Shown here piece after piece: positions 1-12,043 of a DNA stretch of 64,000 bases. How positions within the stretch are numbered: the stretch's first letter is position 1; each line of letters opens with the position of its first letter. Source of the DNA: Balanoglossus misakiensis (lineage: Eukaryota; Animalia; Hemichordata); contig CM082578.2 of assembly GCA_040954595.2 (NCBI GenBank), positions 4,012,831-4,076,830 of the forward strand, written 5' to 3'. Made by a program: the position numbers and the translations under genes. A model generated the notes under the pieces. It searched no databases and was not told the origin of the DNA. It worked only from the letters and a program-made list of their open reading frames with translations.

Positions 1-576
1 AAGCCTTCATCACGATACCCATACTTCTTGCTGATCGTTTGGCTGTTCGTTCGCAGTCAGGAGCACCAACTGTAGTGAGATTTTCCGTCCAACAACTCTG
101 CTTTATATGCACCTCGTTGAGATAATAAACTTAAAAACGGCTTTGGATTAGTCAGTTGCTCCTCCAGCCAAACTACAATTACAGATCCGCGTTTCTTTAG
201 CATTGCATTGACATACGGGTATTTTCAAAATTTCATAATTTGATAATAACCCGCTTTAGGGTAGCCTATGTACTTTTTGTTCAATCTGTTACGAGTGCTT
301 ACATTCCCACACTTCACTTCCGTAATAATGTAAGGCACACCAATTGAATCAGGTAATTTAAATGGGAGCAGTTGAAATCAAAACGTTGGAGACTTCTTCA
401 TGTGGCAATTAAGCAAAAAAGCCCATCATCATAAGCGGGCTTGGGCTATTCCAAAACCGAATTCCAACAAAGCATGAATTTACGGTGATTTTGCAGAAAG
501 GCACACCCGCCATCTTGAAAACTTGTTAGTCAGGGTTACTATATGGAGAAAGACTAACCAGGAGGTATTTATAATA

Positions 577-1302
577 CAAGTGAGAACATGTCAATAATCT
601 GCACTAGTTCCCGCTCTTTCTTGCTTGTGAAATTAACAATTGGCAGCACACAAAGAACCGGAATTAAATGTATTTCTGTGCAAACTATAACAATATTGAC
701 TCTAATTTAAGGCTATTACAAATCGTTCGTTTGCAGAAGTAGAATTGCTAAATCATATGCTGTTGATTTTTGCATACTAGTATGTACTGCAGATTATTCT
801 GTGGTTCGCGACCTCAAAACTGTGGTATTACACCTCATTATTATGAGAATGAAGAAAATATTCCCTTTCAAATTCAATTATTTTCGGAGCATTTGTTGAA
901 TAGACTATTGTCAAGCAAGTTCAACTTTTCACTTGGTCAGTTTTTCTCTTAATATTTACAACAAATCCCACGTATAACCTGTCAAAACTTACATATAGAG
1001 CGAAGGAAGATTATTATAAGCAAATGCAATGACGATAGCAAGATGTTCAAAGATGGCAGACCAATGGTTGACCTCATATGGAAGCAGTATAATGTTGTTC
1101 CCGTTACCCAGTTAAATAGAGCTAAAACCTTGAAATTAGGTGTGTCAGTGCATCGTCTGGCCTTGTCCCAAATATAGATGAGGGATAATGTTTTCTGTAA
1201 TGCAAGTGAGGACATGTCAGTAATCTACACTAGTTCCCGCTCTTTCTTGCTTGTGAAATTAACAATTGGCAGCACATAAAGAACCAGATTAAAATTTATT
1301 TC
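577..1302 (+). repeat. ~100-bp dispersed direct repeat (577-676 and 1203-1302)
   Basis: caagtgag(a/g)acatgtca(a/g)taatct(g/a)cactagttcccgctctttcttgcttgtgaaattaacaattggcagcaca occurs twice, 626 bp apart. Confidence 0.85.
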
Positions 1303-1583
1303 ATTGAAATAGTATGACAATATTGGATTTCTGAGATCTTGATACCCGTTGTTGAGGTCATTTCCGGGTCTTGCGACGCTATCTTCAAAGCAGCATCCTA
1401 CGAAATCAACAGGCAATTGCCGTTGCAGTGGCAGATGACATGACCGTAGACGCTCTTTCAACTGTACAGTAACAATATTGATTGTCTGCTTGAGGGAGCC
1501 CAACAAGAAACCATGGTTGATACAAAGAACACGAATAAATACAGCTGCAAGCAGCAATGGCGGGGCCCAAGCCGGAATGGTCA

Positions 1584-2215
1584 TCTGAGGTCACCCGAAA
1601 TTTGGGCAAACATTTTTGACCCCATACTGGTCCAGGTCCATCAGAAACCAAACCTTCAGCCTTACTGGTTCGCCTGGAATTAGGTATGCACATAATTAAT
1701 GAGATAAACTGATGTCACAGGTGGCCTCAAAAACGCCAAGTCTGTACCTGCTCTGGATGCTAAGATATGGTAAAGTAGGTCAAAGGTCACCTGAGGTCAT
1801 GCAAAATTTGGGCAAGAAATTTTGACCCTATACTGGTCCATGTTCAACAAAAACCAAACCTATAGCCCTATTGGTTAGCCTGGAATTAGGTATGCACATA
1901 ATTAATGAGATATGCAGGTGTCACAGGTGACCCCCATTTTGGCTTTTCAATTTTAGTCCCAACCCTCCAAACGCCAAGTCTGAACCTGCTGTGGATGCCG
2001 AGATATAGTAGTAAAATATATAGTAGATAAAGTAGGTCAAAGTTCACCTGAGGTCACCCAAAATTTGGGCAAGAAATTTTGACCCTATACTGGTCCATGT
2101 TCCATAAGAACGAAACATCTAGCCCTATTAGTTAGCCCGGAATTAGGTATGCACATAATTAATGAGTTAAGCAGGTGTTACAGGTGAGCCCAAAATTTTG
2201 CCTTTTATTTTGGTC
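1584..2215. repeat. Three diverged tandem copies of a ~205-260-bp unit, probably the internal array of a non-autonomous Helentron-like element
   Basis: Unit ctgaggtca..aaatttgggcaa..tttgacc..atactggtcca..ggaattaggtatgcacataattaatgag recurs at ~1585, ~1791 and ~2047; family assignment is inference. Confidence 0.75.
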
Positions 2216-2556
2216 CCATTGTGCTCACTGACCAAGAGACAGTCACTGTACAGGACTATTGCACAGACCAGAATTCCACATGTGGGACCAAAATTTGTGT
2301 CCTAAACCCCTGCGTCGCTCACGGTGATTGGTAGCTCTAATGTCCCTATGTCCCCTTTCCGTTCAGTCATTGGCTGCCTATACGTCATTTCGTCTCATTA
2401 GTATTTACTGTTCCGAATTCAGCTCATTCATTGGCTGCTTTACGTTCTTGTCCCTTGCCTCACTTTCGAGTGTTCATTGCCTCGTTCTTTTATGTGCTCC
2501 TTACCGTCACGTAATATGCGGGACTAGTCAAAGACTCCCAGACTCCAGGTGTTTCA

Positions 2557-2589
<33 letters not shown>

Positions 2590-5067
2590 CTTTATTTAAA
2601 GAGGGTAATCTGATTACAAATGAATTGTAATTTACATCAGGGCCCTCATGAAAAAAATACAAGTTCATATAAATAGTGCATCGTAAGTACACAACTGAAA
2701 CAAAAAAAAGAGCGAGGACATAGATAAATGAAAGAATAAATAAATAAATAAATAAATGAGAAATCCAATCAAACAATGAGCTATCCATCCAAATCTGAAC
2801 CTTCATTACAAAACTTCGTAAAAAGGTAACTGTACAATGCTGATTTGAATGATGATAAACTTGCATGGTTACGGATATATACAGGAATTGAGTTCCAAGT
2901 TTTTGCTGCTCGATAGGCAAACGACCTTTGACCCATGGCAGTCCTGAACCTTGGTGGGTAGAGGTCACCGGCGCTGACACTTCGAGTATTTAAACGATTC
3001 ATTTCTGAAAGAGGTCGGAAAAGATCCCTAATATAGTTGGGTGCGAGGTCATTTAGAGCTTTGAAAGTCATAATAGCCGTGAAATATACAATGCGAAAAT
3101 CAACAGGTAACCAATGCAGACTGATGAGAAGAGAACGGGATGAAAATGTCGTGTCCACTCCAAGGATTACCCTAGCAGCTCTTTTCTGAAGTTTATACAA
3201 TCTTTGGAGGTTTGTCTTTGACGTATTACCCCAAACTATACAGCAGTAGTCAAACAAAGAGAGAAACAAAGCATTGTAAGCCAATAAAAGTACATGTCTT
3301 TGACGTCTTAGAACACCAATTCTAGTCGAAAGGTTTTTACAAAGATTGTTGATGTGGTCGTCCCAACTTAACATGTTGTCAATTTGAATACCAAGTAACT
3401 TGTGGGTAGTGACATTGTCGATTTGAGTGCCATTAATAAGAACACGAAACGTAATGTCAGAGTCAAAGAACACGCTGATTTTGGGACACGATGCAATAAC
3501 CATACACTTTGTTTTTGTAGTATTTATAGCCATGTTATTGTTGTGAACCCAGTGTGAGACAGGAAGGAGATCACCATTCATACCACTTTCAATGTGTTCG
3601 ATATCAATGCCAGAAACACACATGGTCTGGTCGTCGGCAAACATATTCAAACTTCCCGACATGAGGCAGAGTGGAAGATCATTGATGAACATTAAAAATA
3701 AGAGTGGTCCTAAAATAGAGCCTTGAGGTACACCGCTTGTCATTGGCATAACGTCAGAGTCTGCTCCCATGTATGAAACAAATTGACTACGTTCTGAAAG
3801 GTATGATCGAAACCACTTGAGCGACATTTCGGAAAGCCTGTATACATAGAGTTTTGAAAGCAAAATTTCATGATCAACAAGATCAAAAGCTTTACATAAA
3901 TCTAAATACATAACACCGGTGTATAAACTCTCATCCATATTCAGTAATAGCTGATCTGTAAACTTGAGTAAAGCAGTATGACAAGAGTGGTGTTGTCTAA
4001 AACCTGATTGTGAATCGGCAATAAGATTGTATGAATGCAGAAAGTTAAAAAGACTTATAAATACATGCTTTTCCAGGATTTTGAAGAGGACTGGTAAAAG
4101 GGAGATAGGCCTATAATTATTAACATCATTCTTTTCCCTCCCTTGTGTATTGGGATAACCTTGGCACATTTAAAACAATCAGGAAAAACACCACTGTTTA
4201 TGGACCTATTAAAAATATCAGTCACAGACTTTGCAATACAAGACACACCAATCTTCAAGAATTTTGGAGAAATATTGTCGCTACCAGCTGCTTTAGAATC
4301 ATTCAGTAAAGAAAGCTGTTTTGTAACAAAATCAACATGAATCGCAGGAATGTGAAAATTTACAGAGCTATCACAAAAGTGAGAGTTAACCCAGTCGTCA
4401 ATGAGGCTAAAGTCAGGTGTTGAGCGAAGGCAATGGCGATACTTACTAACAATACCAGTAAAGTGGGCATTAAATGCCTGGGCATTATTCTTGTGATTTG
4501 AAACTGTTTTCCCTTCGTACTGAATAGAAAGACTGTGTGAACGGGGATCGCCATGGGAGAGAATTTCGTTGATGGAGCGCCAAATAACAGAGGGGTTTCT
4601 GGAATTGTTCCTAAAAATATCACGATAATACTGTCGCTTTGCATAGGAAATTGAGTAAACAACTCTATTTCTCAGAGATCTATAAAGCAACCAATCATTG
4701 GGAGAATTTGAGCGGGTGGCCTTAACAAGATGATAGTCTCTGACACGAATAAGGTCCAGAATGTCTGCAGAAAACCATGGTGGTTGTCTGAGTCTTTTCA
4801 CTCGCTTTTCAATAAAGGGCGCATGCGCATTACAGACATGGTTGAAACAATCTGTCCACTTTTCAAAGAGTACATTGACATTATCTATCTCACAAGCCTG
4901 TGGCCATTGAGTAGCCTGTAAAGTATGAGTAAAATTCATAGCGGAAAAGTTACAAAACTGCCAACATTTAACAGAAATATGCGATCCTCTGGAGACGTTG
5001 TTACCATGGAGACGCCTCACCACACAAACAGGAAAGTGATCAGAGATGCCTATTTTGGGGACACAAT
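2557..5067 (-). mobile_element. 5'-truncated L2/Crack-type LINE inserted in the PHIS transposon
   Basis: End of APE domain (ISDHFPV at ~5045), RT motifs, L2-type C-terminus (LQKRAARVIL, RSFAYRAAKTWNSIP), 3' UTR and (TAA)n tail at 2557-2588. Confidence 0.9.
2781..5023 (-). pseudogene. LINE ORF2 (linker plus reverse transcriptase), frameshifted near 4140
   Basis: ORF 4055-5023 (KAAGSDNI, FKCAKVIPIHKGG) continues in ORF 2781-4169 (NYRPISLL, QSGFR, YLDLCKAFDLVDH, GVPQGSILGP, FADD). Confidence 0.9.
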
Positions 5068-5440
5068 CTTGACTTTGTGAAGCCGCAAATTTTCCCCAAC
5101 TAAAAAGAAACGTGGGCCTAGGAGCGACGTGATTGAATCATGGAAACTGTTTCGGGCAACAGAAACCCCAAGAGCATATTGACACTTTGCGATTATTAAA
5201 CCATCTTTTCATTTTTCCCCTTTTCAGTGTTTGTTTTGCCGTTACCAAACACATTGTCAAGCTAACGCAAAAAATAAAATCGCGTGGCTGAAAAGTACTC
5301 CGTAATACCAATGTCTCTGCGCGCGCGCACACACACACACGTCAGCGCAGTTGCATATTTCGAATATAACAAGTACAAAAAAACACATCATTATTTTATT
5401 TTAAAGATCTTAAGCTTAACTAGTAGATTTGCGCCAAGAC

Positions 5441-6569
5441 TCAACGCATGAAACGATACAATCTGATATGTCGCTGGGCTAAAAATGCGCACACTTCTAC
5501 AATAATCGGCATTAGCCAACGTGGGTGCCGATAAACAGAATAAATTGCCCTATAAGTTTTCATATATTTTATGGCATGTTCAACATAAACTCGGGCAAAA
5601 TTAAATTCTCTATTGAATACGAGCATCTCTGGGCGGTACGGACCACGCAACTCAGGGGTTGGAAATCTCGTTAATAGCGGATACATATTTGGGTATCCTT
5701 GGTCAGCCAAAAAATATACATCTCGTGGAATCTGCAATTCACCTTCCAACCCTATCGATGGTAACAATCTGTACTGCATGGCATCATTAGCATGTCCCAG
5801 AAATCCCGACTGAATGAAAATAATGTTACATTGATTGTCCACAATAACTTGGGTGCTCATTGCATGATGACGAGCGTATCCACTGTAAAAGTTATGCTGT
5901 TCTTCAACTTCGGGACGATATATTTCATGTAGAGTACCATCGATTGTACCTACGGCATTAGGAAAATGTTCCCATTGTCCACGTAGTTGGCCAAAGCGTT
6001 CCAACGATGGCCAGCGGACGCTACGTCGAAAGTAATGCCAAATTAATGAGAGAAGGTGACGTATTTCTCTATGAATAGTCGTGTTGCTTACCCCAAACCA
6101 CGCTGCTAGTAAGTCTAGAGTAGGATAATGCCGTAGCCAAATAAAAGTGAGAAGAAAACGATTTCTTGAATCCATGGCAGGATGACGACGTAGATTCGGT
6201 TCCAGGTCATGTATAATAACTTCCATCGATTGAATGGTTTCTCCAGTTAACATCCAGAAATGGCGAGGACGTCCTTGTAATGATGTCCAAACATCTACGC
6301 CATTACCTCGGCCAATACCATCATCGTTTGAAAAAAAGCAGGTTGTATATGGTTGGTGGTCGTCGTAAAGGTGGACGCAGGATGTCACACAACAGACGTG
6401 TCAAGATCTGGATAAACGACAGATCATCAACCAACTGCGCTAGATGATACACTTCCCGTTCTTCAGAATACATTGGGAGATGGATGACCACGGAGACTAC
6501 AGACAATATCACCATCATACTTCGGATACAAGATATGAGAAGCAATATTTGATTTCGCTGGAGTGGCAT
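5441..6569 (-). CDS. IS5/ISL2/Harbinger-family DDE transposase (HTH_Tnp_4 plus DDE_Tnp_4-like), ~375 aa if one frameshift at the A7 run 6331-6337 is corrected
   Basis: HTH RFLLTFIWLRHYPTLDLLAAWFGVSNTTIHR; catalytic motifs GTIDGT, YSGY..HH, GHANDA, LADQGYP, RVYVEHAI; upstream ORF 6321-6617 joins by removing one base. Confidence 0.92.
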
Positions 6570-7048
6570 TTTGAATGATATTGAAGTTTGTGGTGTTCCG
6601 TTTGAAGATGCTTTCACGATGTGGGATTTGTCGCATACACTAACTTGTAAAACCCTATTCTAAGCATGCGTTGCGAAATACAGTTTTAACATGTCTAAAG
6701 TTTCATTTGCATAACCGGACCGTTGACCAGTCACAAATAAGCAGGAGTGGGATCACATCGCACGCCAGATGTTCAATTTTGAATGCCAATAGACACGGAG
6801 ACATCCACAAGTTGTTTCTTATTTCCCTTTTCATTTTTTGTATGGCTGAAAATTAACCATTTATTTTCTACTTTTAATGTCATCAACCCTTTTGAAATAG
6901 TATTCAGCAAAGTTTACCAGAAATCATGTATAATTCATATGGCCAATAAAACTTTGATTCGATTCTGTAAAATTAGTCGATCACACGAGGGATACCTGCA
7001 GACTAATAGGGAGTCAATTTGTCGTATCCGATTCATTTCGCGACAGCC

Positions 7049-8096
7049 ATGGCTTCTACGCGTACACCACGCTGTGTTGTAACGGACGCCGAGATAAATT
7101 TGATTAGGGCCGGGATGAGAATCCATAATACAAATTATGGAAATATTGTCCATTTCATGAGACAGTCTGGTCGTTTGGCCAACAGTGGGATGCCAGCCAA
7201 TGCAGTACGGCTCTATCAAACCGGACTGATGAAACCACTACGTCGGCGTGTTCGAGATGTTGTCGCTAAACGTATCTCAGAGTAAGTTTTATTATAGTTT
7301 CAAACCGAGGGGAGTATTTCTCAAACAGGGAAAGCACATGAAGTCTGTGAAATGTGAGTTTGACGGGTATTGTCTCCCAGAAAAGCACGAAATTTCGTAT
7401 TGCATCTATCGCAGCCAAAGTTTCTGTGTTTCTCTATGTAACTCCTCTGCTAATTTGCATATTTTGTCTTGTCCGTTTCTTTGAATATAATTCACAAGTA
7501 CATGTATGGCAAATATTGATATCTCCACTATCATTGAAATCTAGCTATGAAATACAGTACGATTTTTAATATTCATGTGCCGTCCTGGTAATCAGTCAGC
7601 AATTTTTGTTTATAGCGTCCGACAAATACGTGAACGGGAGATGAGGTATGCGGCGCTGAGAACACCGGAGCAGAGGGCACCGGTACAAGCACTGGCACCA
7701 CGACCACCGACACCACCACTGCCCCCGCCGCCGACACAAGCGCCTCCACCACCACCACAGCCGCTACCGCAAGCGCCTCCACCGCCACCACCACCGACAC
7801 AAGCACCACCACCACCACCACCACAGCCACAACCACTTCTACCAGAAGGTGAACCTCCTGCTGCCGATGAGCCCTTGGACCATCACAGGGAGCCCAATCC
7901 TGATGGTGACGACGGGAGGGGGATCCCTGCACCAGAGGACGCCCAAGAGAGACCACCACAGGGCGGAAGACGGCTGTACCATCTAGTGCGAGAGGCCCAT
8001 GAATTATATGTGGACTTCTTGAGAAACACTCTCCCTGACACTATGGCGAATGTAAATCGCACGCTGGATCGCCTTAGACAGATTGTGAGCACATAA
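7049..8096 (+). CDS. Spliced transposon accessory protein (exons 7049-7281 and 7616-8096, 237 aa): Myb/SANT-like N-terminus, polyproline linker, C-terminal helix
   Basis: Kozak gccATGg; donor ga|gtaagt at 7281/7282; acceptor tttttgtttatag|c at 7615/7616; phases match (GA+C=Asp); VTDAEINLIRAGMRIHNTNYGNI resembles Myb helices 1-2; AATAAA at 8101. Confidence 0.7.
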
Positions 8097-9561
8097 CACG
8101 AATAAAATATTTTTTTATCTATCACCTAAGATTTGTCATTTATCTGGGTTTTTTAATATTCCCCACCACCAATGCAACAGCCCCTTACATGAAGACTTAG
8201 CCTTTTAGTGATAGTATGTTGTATCGATAAAGAGCATATTGCAAACATATTGAAGGAAATGCCAATACAATTGCCAGGAAACAAATAGCGAGAGCACAAA
8301 CATTTCCCAGAGTTCCGCTGTTGAAGATATCTTTTTTTATCTTTATACTACCCAAATATGTTTTTATTTTCTAGGAATAGAAAAAAACAAACACATATTT
8401 GACATTCAGGGGGTACCTAGACTCTATGGCAGTCGCTGTGCCTGTCGATAAGGAATGAAATTTTCATACTGCATACGACGCGCCAGGCAAAGCCACTAGC
8501 GACTGTGTGATTAGCGTCGCGTCCATATGACGTTCTAGCGGACGCGCATTTCAGTATTGGGGCAAGACTAGGGAATGGCCCGTAGCTTTGACGCCGGAGC
8601 TTCATGACACGGTGACAAACAATAGGGTGCAGCGCATGTGCAAAACAAATTTAGTCTTTACATATATGTTTCGACCATGCTCTGTCTGGTAATGATTGGC
8701 TAGTCCCGCATATTACGTGACGGTGAGGAGCACATAAAAGAACGAGGCAATGAACACTCGAAAGTGAGGCAAGGGACAAGAACGTAAAGCAGCCAATGAA
8801 TGAGCTGAATTCGGAACAGTAAATACTAATGAGACGAAATGACGTATAGGCAGTCAATGACTGAACGGAAAGGGGACATAGGGACATTAGAGCTACCAAT
8901 CACCGTGAGCGACGCAGGGGTTTAGGACACAAATTTTGGTCCCACATGAAATACGTCTAGTAAGACGTGGGCATTGCTTAACCATAGAGGTATAAGTAAA
9001 GGTATACATTTAATTTAAAAAAATTAAAAAATGACATCTAGGACAAAAAAACATCCTTCCCTTTGACGAACAGCCGTTTGATAACTTGGCAATTTACAGA
9101 CCTGAACATTTTATGTATCAGCTACATATTCGTTCTCTCTTCCCTATATTATATCGCTTTTCTTTACAGCGCCCCAGCAAGTTCTGTGTATGTGTACATG
9201 CAATTATTGTTGTTGAGAAATGAATTCATGTCCGGCCTTGAATACAATTTTTGAAAACTAACATCCCAGACTATACAAACATGGAGCCAGTTGAGGAGAT
9301 AAATACTAAGTTCTAAATCATGCCTTATTGAGCCGAACAAAACGTCAAGTTGTTGGCACACAGAACAAAAAGGTAACACATAGTGGGTGTTAAAGGTATA
9401 CGGTCACCTATACAAATTTAGCCACAGTTACACTACAGACTGAATGTCCTGCACATGGCGCGCTTGCCGGGCGCGCTCAGTGGCCTGCGTGATGTGATGT
9501 CGATCGACGCCATGTTTGTTTACATGATTGTACAATCGTGCGTAGCTATGGTCTGACGCAG

Positions 9562-9599
9562 CATGGAGGTACTAGAGAGATCTCTCTAGTACCTCCATG
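9562..9599. mobile_element. 38-bp perfect palindrome with 7-bp TSD (P-element-like footprint or micro-MITE)
   Basis: GACGCAG|catggaggtactagagagatctctctagtacctccatg|GACGCAG. Confidence 0.8.
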
Positions 9600-10737
9600 G
9601 ACGCAGGGACTCTCTACCTGTTTCATCGCCTGGTAAATTAGATGGATATTCTCAAAACAGTAGAATGTATATTGTGTTCTGATTGCATTCTTCGTGTGTA
9701 TCAAACTTTTATTTTATTGATTTCCTTTTGTTGTCAGCCACATGCGAGTAGCCTTGCCAATAAACAGTCGTGTTTACTCGGTAAACAAGTGGAATCACTG
9801 ACTTGCCTCAAAAACAACAGTAGCAGGTGTAGTTCCTTTCCCTCCTACCACCATGCAACATACAACATACAATCCGCATGAAAAAAGCACTCCTGAAGAA
9901 CTATGAAATGTCTAGCTTGTGTTCATTCTGTCAAACAATTGCATGGACTCCAGCCATATTCAATGCCAGATCTTAAACTCACCGTCAGTGAGTTAGATAC
10001 AGGTGCACACATACATGTATGACACTATTGTGAAGTAACATTTTTTTTATTTTAGAAAATGTGAAAAATAATAGGGAAAATTTTGAGTTTACATAAATGT
10101 TACAAACTATACAGCAAGTCACATCAGAGTAGAATAAAAATGTCCTCAAGTACAAATAAACAGCAAAACGGGAAAATGCATCGATGTCGGAACTACTAAA
10201 GTCGAGAATCAGCTCTGAATTTATTCAGTAATCTAGTGCTTGGGGCGGAAACTTTAATGCAGAACACACTCTCTCGATATGCAAATATAACTTATTGAAA
10301 CTCGTTGCCATACGAACAAATGACCAGGAACCATCGACACGGTCTATATATACATGTACACTGAGAAGCCATAGAGACGTGCATGTTCAAATAGACCTGA
10401 GGCTGAGGCTTTACCGCTGTCAGAAGAAACAGCGAGGGCTTCGAACGTACTTTTATTTTTTCACACTTAAATCACTGCTCGTAAATTAATGCATCAAAAG
10501 TAAAAGTTTCCTTTTTCCTTTTAAATTTAAAAGTATATATGGCCTATGTCACGATCAAAATTGCGATTTTGTTTATAACTAGCATAGCTGCAATAATTAG
10601 AGTGATGGGTAGCTATTTTCGCTTGGTTGAATCACGGTCACTCCACAAGGGTCGCGGACGTAGTCAGAATTATGGACGAAAAAGTCGGAACAATCAAGCC
10701 CGAGAGTATACTGCGAGCAGTCATACCCATTGATACT

Positions 10738-11127
10738 TATGAAAGCCTGTTAGGGACATTTCGTAAAGCAAAAAAAAAATTTTTATCTCGTGAGCACGAG
10801 ATACTAAGTCGTGAGCACGAGATACTAAGTCGTGAGCACGACATACTAAGTCGTGAGCACGACATACTAAGTCGTGAGCACGAGATACTAAGTCGTGCGC
10901 ACGATATACTAAGTCGTGCGCACGAGATAATTATCTCGTGCTCACGAGATACTAAGTCTCTCGTGCTCACGACTTAGTATGTCGTGCTCACGACTTAGTA
11001 TCTCGTGCTCACGACTTAGTATGTCGTGCTCACGACTTAGTATCTCGTGCTCACGACTTAGTATCTCGTGCTCACGAGATAAAAAAAATTGTTTTGCTTT
11101 ACGAAATGTCCCTAACGGGCTTTCATA
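10738..11127. mobile_element. 390-bp foldback MITE, IS3EU-like, with internal 21-bp tandem repeats in inverted arrays
   Basis: Termini tatgaaagcc...ggctttcata; 6-bp TSD GATACT (10732-10737 and 11128-11133); unit gtcgtgagcacgagatactaa; TAY..RTA ends with a 6-bp TSD are the IS3EU signature. Confidence 0.85.
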
Positions 11128-12043
11128 GATACTCATATGAAATCAACAATGAAGAATAATCTGCATAACAGGAAAAAGAAAGCCTACTGACGACTAGCCT
11201 GCACATTAGTAAATCACAGGTGTGAATGGGGTGGGCCACGGGAGGTAGCCTTTGGTCAGTAGGATCGTACCAACTACCTCATAAATGTATTTTTCACTAA
11301 TTTGTGCGATCAAGTTTTTTTCCTCAACATGATCTCCAATCTATTTCAGATTCAAAATCATATCCAGGGAATCCACAGATCGCGATTCATGTTTTCTTGT
11401 GTTTATATTTAGCTGGAATAATTGTAACGGCACCGTGTCGCTGTTTTTGGTGTAGATGCCCGCACACTTACATGCAATGGACCGCAGTTACGTTGCGCGG
11501 TCGTGATGTAAATTTAGGAAATAGTGATACACTGCATCTATTAAAGCTTATCTTTGTTTCAGAGTAAAAATCTACCCGCTTTCTCTGTACTGTATCTCCC
11601 AGCGTCCACGGGTGTTACATGTTTATGCTCGGCCAGCCACGTTCTTCAGGTTGTTATCACCTTTTTGTTCGTCAGTACAATAAAATATGTGTGTACTCAA
11701 TGAACAAAAACTTCTGAAGTCAGTACATTTTTGTCTGTGGTTTGTTTTAAAAATACAATTTGGTGCGCCGGTCACTAGGATCCTAGGGTCATAGTTCTGA
11801 GTGTCAGGCTCATGAAAACAAGAACAATCTATGACTCAAATATTAGATACATACTAGTATTGTAATTTGCGTCTTACAAAGCACAATAATGTGACTTCAT
11901 CCATTTCCCAAACAGAGAAACTACGACAAATCAGTCAGAGTATCGACCACACTGTTGTCTGTGATCGACAACACGTATACGCGCGTCCGTTCACCGCGAC
12001 AATAATGTGTGTAACGATCGTTCAATTCATTCGATCAGGCACT

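Larger units (their letters stand above)
2282..8945. mobile_element. PHIS-group (PIF/Harbinger-ISL2EU-like) DNA transposon with 246-bp TIRs and two divergent genes
   Basis: 2282-2527 is the reverse complement of 8700-8945 with 2 mismatches seen; both ends sit in CATG (cAT|gtgggacc...ggtcccac|ATg); encloses a DDE transposase and a Myb-like gene. Confidence 0.9.

Noticed and set aside
1-560. Short minus-strand open stretch (GSVIVVWLEEQ...)
   Set aside because: No clear splice sites or recognisable domain; truncated by the window edge
2328-2630. ORFs 2328-2630 (+) and 8651-8899 (-) with near-identical peptides
   Set aside because: They are translations of the two TIRs; non-ATG starts and no protein features
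7573-7959. Val/Ala-rich minus-strand ORF resembling a membrane protein
   Set aside because: Antisense shadow of the polyproline exon
9390-9430. ttaa|aggtatacggtcacc, a possible Kolobok left end
   Set aside because: No matching right end found by eye
10627-11136. SREHEIL heptad-repeat ORFs; array superficially CRISPR-like
   Set aside because: Product of a 21-bp tandem repeat in a MITE; no unique spacers or cas genes, and the DNA is eukaryotic
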